Shown here in pieces: positions 61,531-64,000 of a DNA stretch of 64,000 nt. Positions within the stretch are counted from its first letter, which is position 1; each line of letters opens with the position of its first letter. Source of the DNA: Bilabrum cf. latius (Eukaryota). Below the pieces are notes generated by a model. That model did no database searches and was not told the DNA's origin. It saw nothing but the letters and a program-made list of their open reading frames with translations. A program made the position numbers and the translations under genes. Location: NCBI GenBank assembly GCA_965178125.1, contig OZ237773.1, positions 496,001 through 560,000 of the forward strand. The letters are read 5' to 3'.

Positions 61531-63741
61531 TCACGGACACTTGTCGTGGCCCCCATTGCCTCCCCCTCCCAGGTCCATGGCCACCGTCACAGTGGAGGCC
61601 ACAGCACTCGCCACTCCAAACAGAGCGATGCCGCAGTGCACCACCCAGCTCGCCGTGGAGGGCTCCCCCGATGCGATCGCCTCCACCGCCTCTCTCACAT
61701 CCACTGCTCCAGGCCTACCACCCGCCTTGCCTTGTCCTTCCTCCGGCAGCTGCTCCAACACGTGCCTGGCCATGCGTGCCGCCCTGCCCCTTGCCATGAG
61801 CCACACCAGCGTCGAGGCAGTGTATCCGATCGTGCAGTTCACGCCCCCGCCCACCAACGCCAGCAAGTCTCCGAAGTCAGGAATTCCGAAGGCCAGTGCA
61901 TATGCCACCACCACGAGACAGACACGCACCGCCACACGAGCTCCATGCTCATCCCAGCCCCCTCGCCTAGCCAGCCAGCGGGTGCACGGCCAGCAGAGGC
62001 ACGAAGCCAGGCACGCCCTCGCACCCAAGGCCTCATCCTCCTGCCTTCTGGCAGCGTGCCCCACTTCACTTCCCACCGCCTCGCTATTCGTTCCCCCCGG
62101 AGCACTTGCCCCGGCACTCTTTTCCCCCTCTGCCCCCGTCTCTCTATGTCTACCCCAGCCCTGTCTCTCCCCTGCCAGCACACCCCGGGCCTCTGCCCTG
62201 GCTTGCCGAGCCTCCCGCATCCCACCCACGACGAATCGCTCCACCACCTGCCGCCCCGCCGCCAGCACCATGGGGGCAGTGAGCAGCAGGTCCAGGCACA
62301 GGAGGGCTCGCACGACCTGCAGGACCCAGCCGCTGCTGAGTGCGTCCAGCACGTTGGCAGGCGTGTTCAGCCCAAACAGCATGGCTGCAGCCAAGCCAAA
62401 TGCTACGTTGCTTGCTGTGACGATCCCAAATCCGATGCCTAGGGATCGAGCTGCTGCCGGTGCGCTGCCTTGCTCGGCTAGGATGGGCAGAGTCACGATG
62501 TGAATGGCGAACAGGAACGCGATCTGTCCTATGGCCCGGGGCAGGCCGCCGGGCTTCAGGTGCGGTAGCGCACCCCACGACGCCATCGAGATGCCTTCGA
62601 CAGTCGACCCATACGCCCCCGCCACCACAACCGCGACAGCCCCCCCGAGCACCGCCACATTGCCCAGCGTTGATGTCCAAGCCAACCAGTGGAAAGACTG
62701 AATCTGCGCCAGCCCCAGCACCAGAGGTGCGGTAGCCAGGGCGGCCATCTGCACCGACAGCGGTCGGCTGGCCCCGCTGTCTCTCCCCGCGCATGCGATA
62801 TCTGGCAGGGTGGAGGCAATGAAGTCGATGTAGACAGCGCACACACCGATCGAGGTCAGCAGCAGCCCGAAGTAGAGCCCAACCTCCGCGAAATTAGGGC
62901 ACTGTGAACCTGCTGAGTCAATGTGCTAGCCAGCAGCACTCATATCGGACCCACCCATGTCCCCAACCCTCTCCTGTCCGTGACCATCCTGTCCATGCCC
63001 ATGCCCCTGGATGCCCTCCAGGACAGCCAGTGTCACTCGCACATGGACCGGCTGCACCAGCACGTCCTCGCAGCCCAGAGGGGACCCGTCCCCACCACTG
63101 CCAGCAGATGGAGCAGGCCGACTGGCTTGGTAGGACGGCGCACCGGGCGACCCATCCATCATCGGGGCCTGGCCCCGCGCCCTTGCAGTGGCAGAGGGCC
63201 CGGCCTGCGGTGTGGGTGGGACGTACCGGGGCGAGGGCGGGGGCGCCTGCTCCCCTTTCATAGCGCCCTAAACCACCGTGCTCTCGTCATGATTCTGTTC
63301 CCTTTCAGGCTGGTCTCGCCCTGGGCGTTCGCTCCCATCATGCCCTGCGGCTTCCAAGGCGCCGAGCTGCACAGGCTGTCTCGGCGGTGGCTGCAAGTCA
63401 CGAGCCCGCCACGAGCAAGCTATCCTGCCTAGCTCTGGAAGCGTTAGCCTAGTCATGCTTGTTCGGGGTAAAGCTGGGTTGCCAGTCGAATGTACGGTCC
63501 AGTAAAAGGCCAGGTCGCACAAGGTTGCCTCTGCGTCGGCCAATAGCCACATGGTGTATGCAGAAAGGACGCCAAGACAAAGTGTTGCTGCCATACCCCC
63601 GGCCAACCCGGCAATCAAAAAAGCTGCTGGCAGCGAAAACGACCCTGCGCCCACCGCACATTTTATAATATTTAAGATCGCAGCCGTTGTGCCAAGCTAG
63701 GCTGGGCTTGTAGCTGCGGCACTGGTACTGGCTTCAGCCAT
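61531..63741 (-). CDS. Amino acid transporter, AAAP (SLC36/38-like) family, 736 aa
   Basis: LNIIKCAVGAGSFSLPAAF, FLFAIHIVTLPI, IPDFGDLLALVGG; many TM helices. TAGs at 63697, 63268 and 62926; ends TGA. Confidence 0.88.
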
Positions 63742-64000
63742 TCTAATTCAACTATTGATGACGAAACAATTGGAGCAATGCTCGCCAAAAAAAAACTGGA
63801 CTGCAAGCCGCTAAAGGTAGCACAAGCCTGGCTGCGGACCGTGCTTGCCTAGGTTTGGCTATCGGCCTATTCTCGAGACGGGCCACCACTGCGTTGGTAT
63901 GCTATGGTAAACCGTATGGTATGAGTACAATTAGAAGTGGTGTCCTGCCACAGTGTTCGGTGCCTCTGATGTGCATGCAATGAGTTGGATCGTTGTGGTG

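Noticed and set aside
663-63741. Mass pseudogenisation or C-to-T damage as the source of the internal stops
   Set aside because: Only TAG occurs internally. The traced genes have no TAA from CAA, no TGA from CGA and no frameshifts, and essential genes keep their motifs and splice sites.
1-64000. tRNA-Gln(CUA), rRNA or eRF1 gene in the window
   Set aside because: No convincing cloverleaf or such gene seen by eye; isolated GGTTCGA strings (e.g. 33241) lack tRNA stems. A tRNAscan run is still needed.

Overview
GC-rich, gene-dense nuclear DNA of a eukaryote, most likely a unicellular protist (taxon not determinable here), with short GT-AG introns and many head-to-head gene pairs. The supplied ORF track is fragmented because the genome appears to use a non-standard code in which TAG encodes glutamine while TAA and TGA remain stops. 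Reading TAG as Gln merges the fragments into 23 coherent genes. By manual count 21 of them carry about 75 in-frame TAGs in total; 20 end in TGA, 3 in TAA and none in TAG. TAG falls on conserved Gln sites in homogentisate dioxygenase, CCT8, proteasome alpha7, Rad6 and a K+ channel pore helix, and aligns with CAG/CAA between internal repeats of a ~3,030-aa FG-GAP receptor. Other points of interest: a bacterial-type YphG/DUF5107-TPR gene with an intron and a mitochondrial-like presequence, head-to-head PSMA3/PSMD1 in a proteostasis-rich neighbourhood, an intronic 140-bp repeat with box C/D snoRNA features, an AT-rich probable Ty3/Gypsy relic, and a rearranged left end with pseudogene fragments. 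Family assignments come from recalled motifs; no searches were run.
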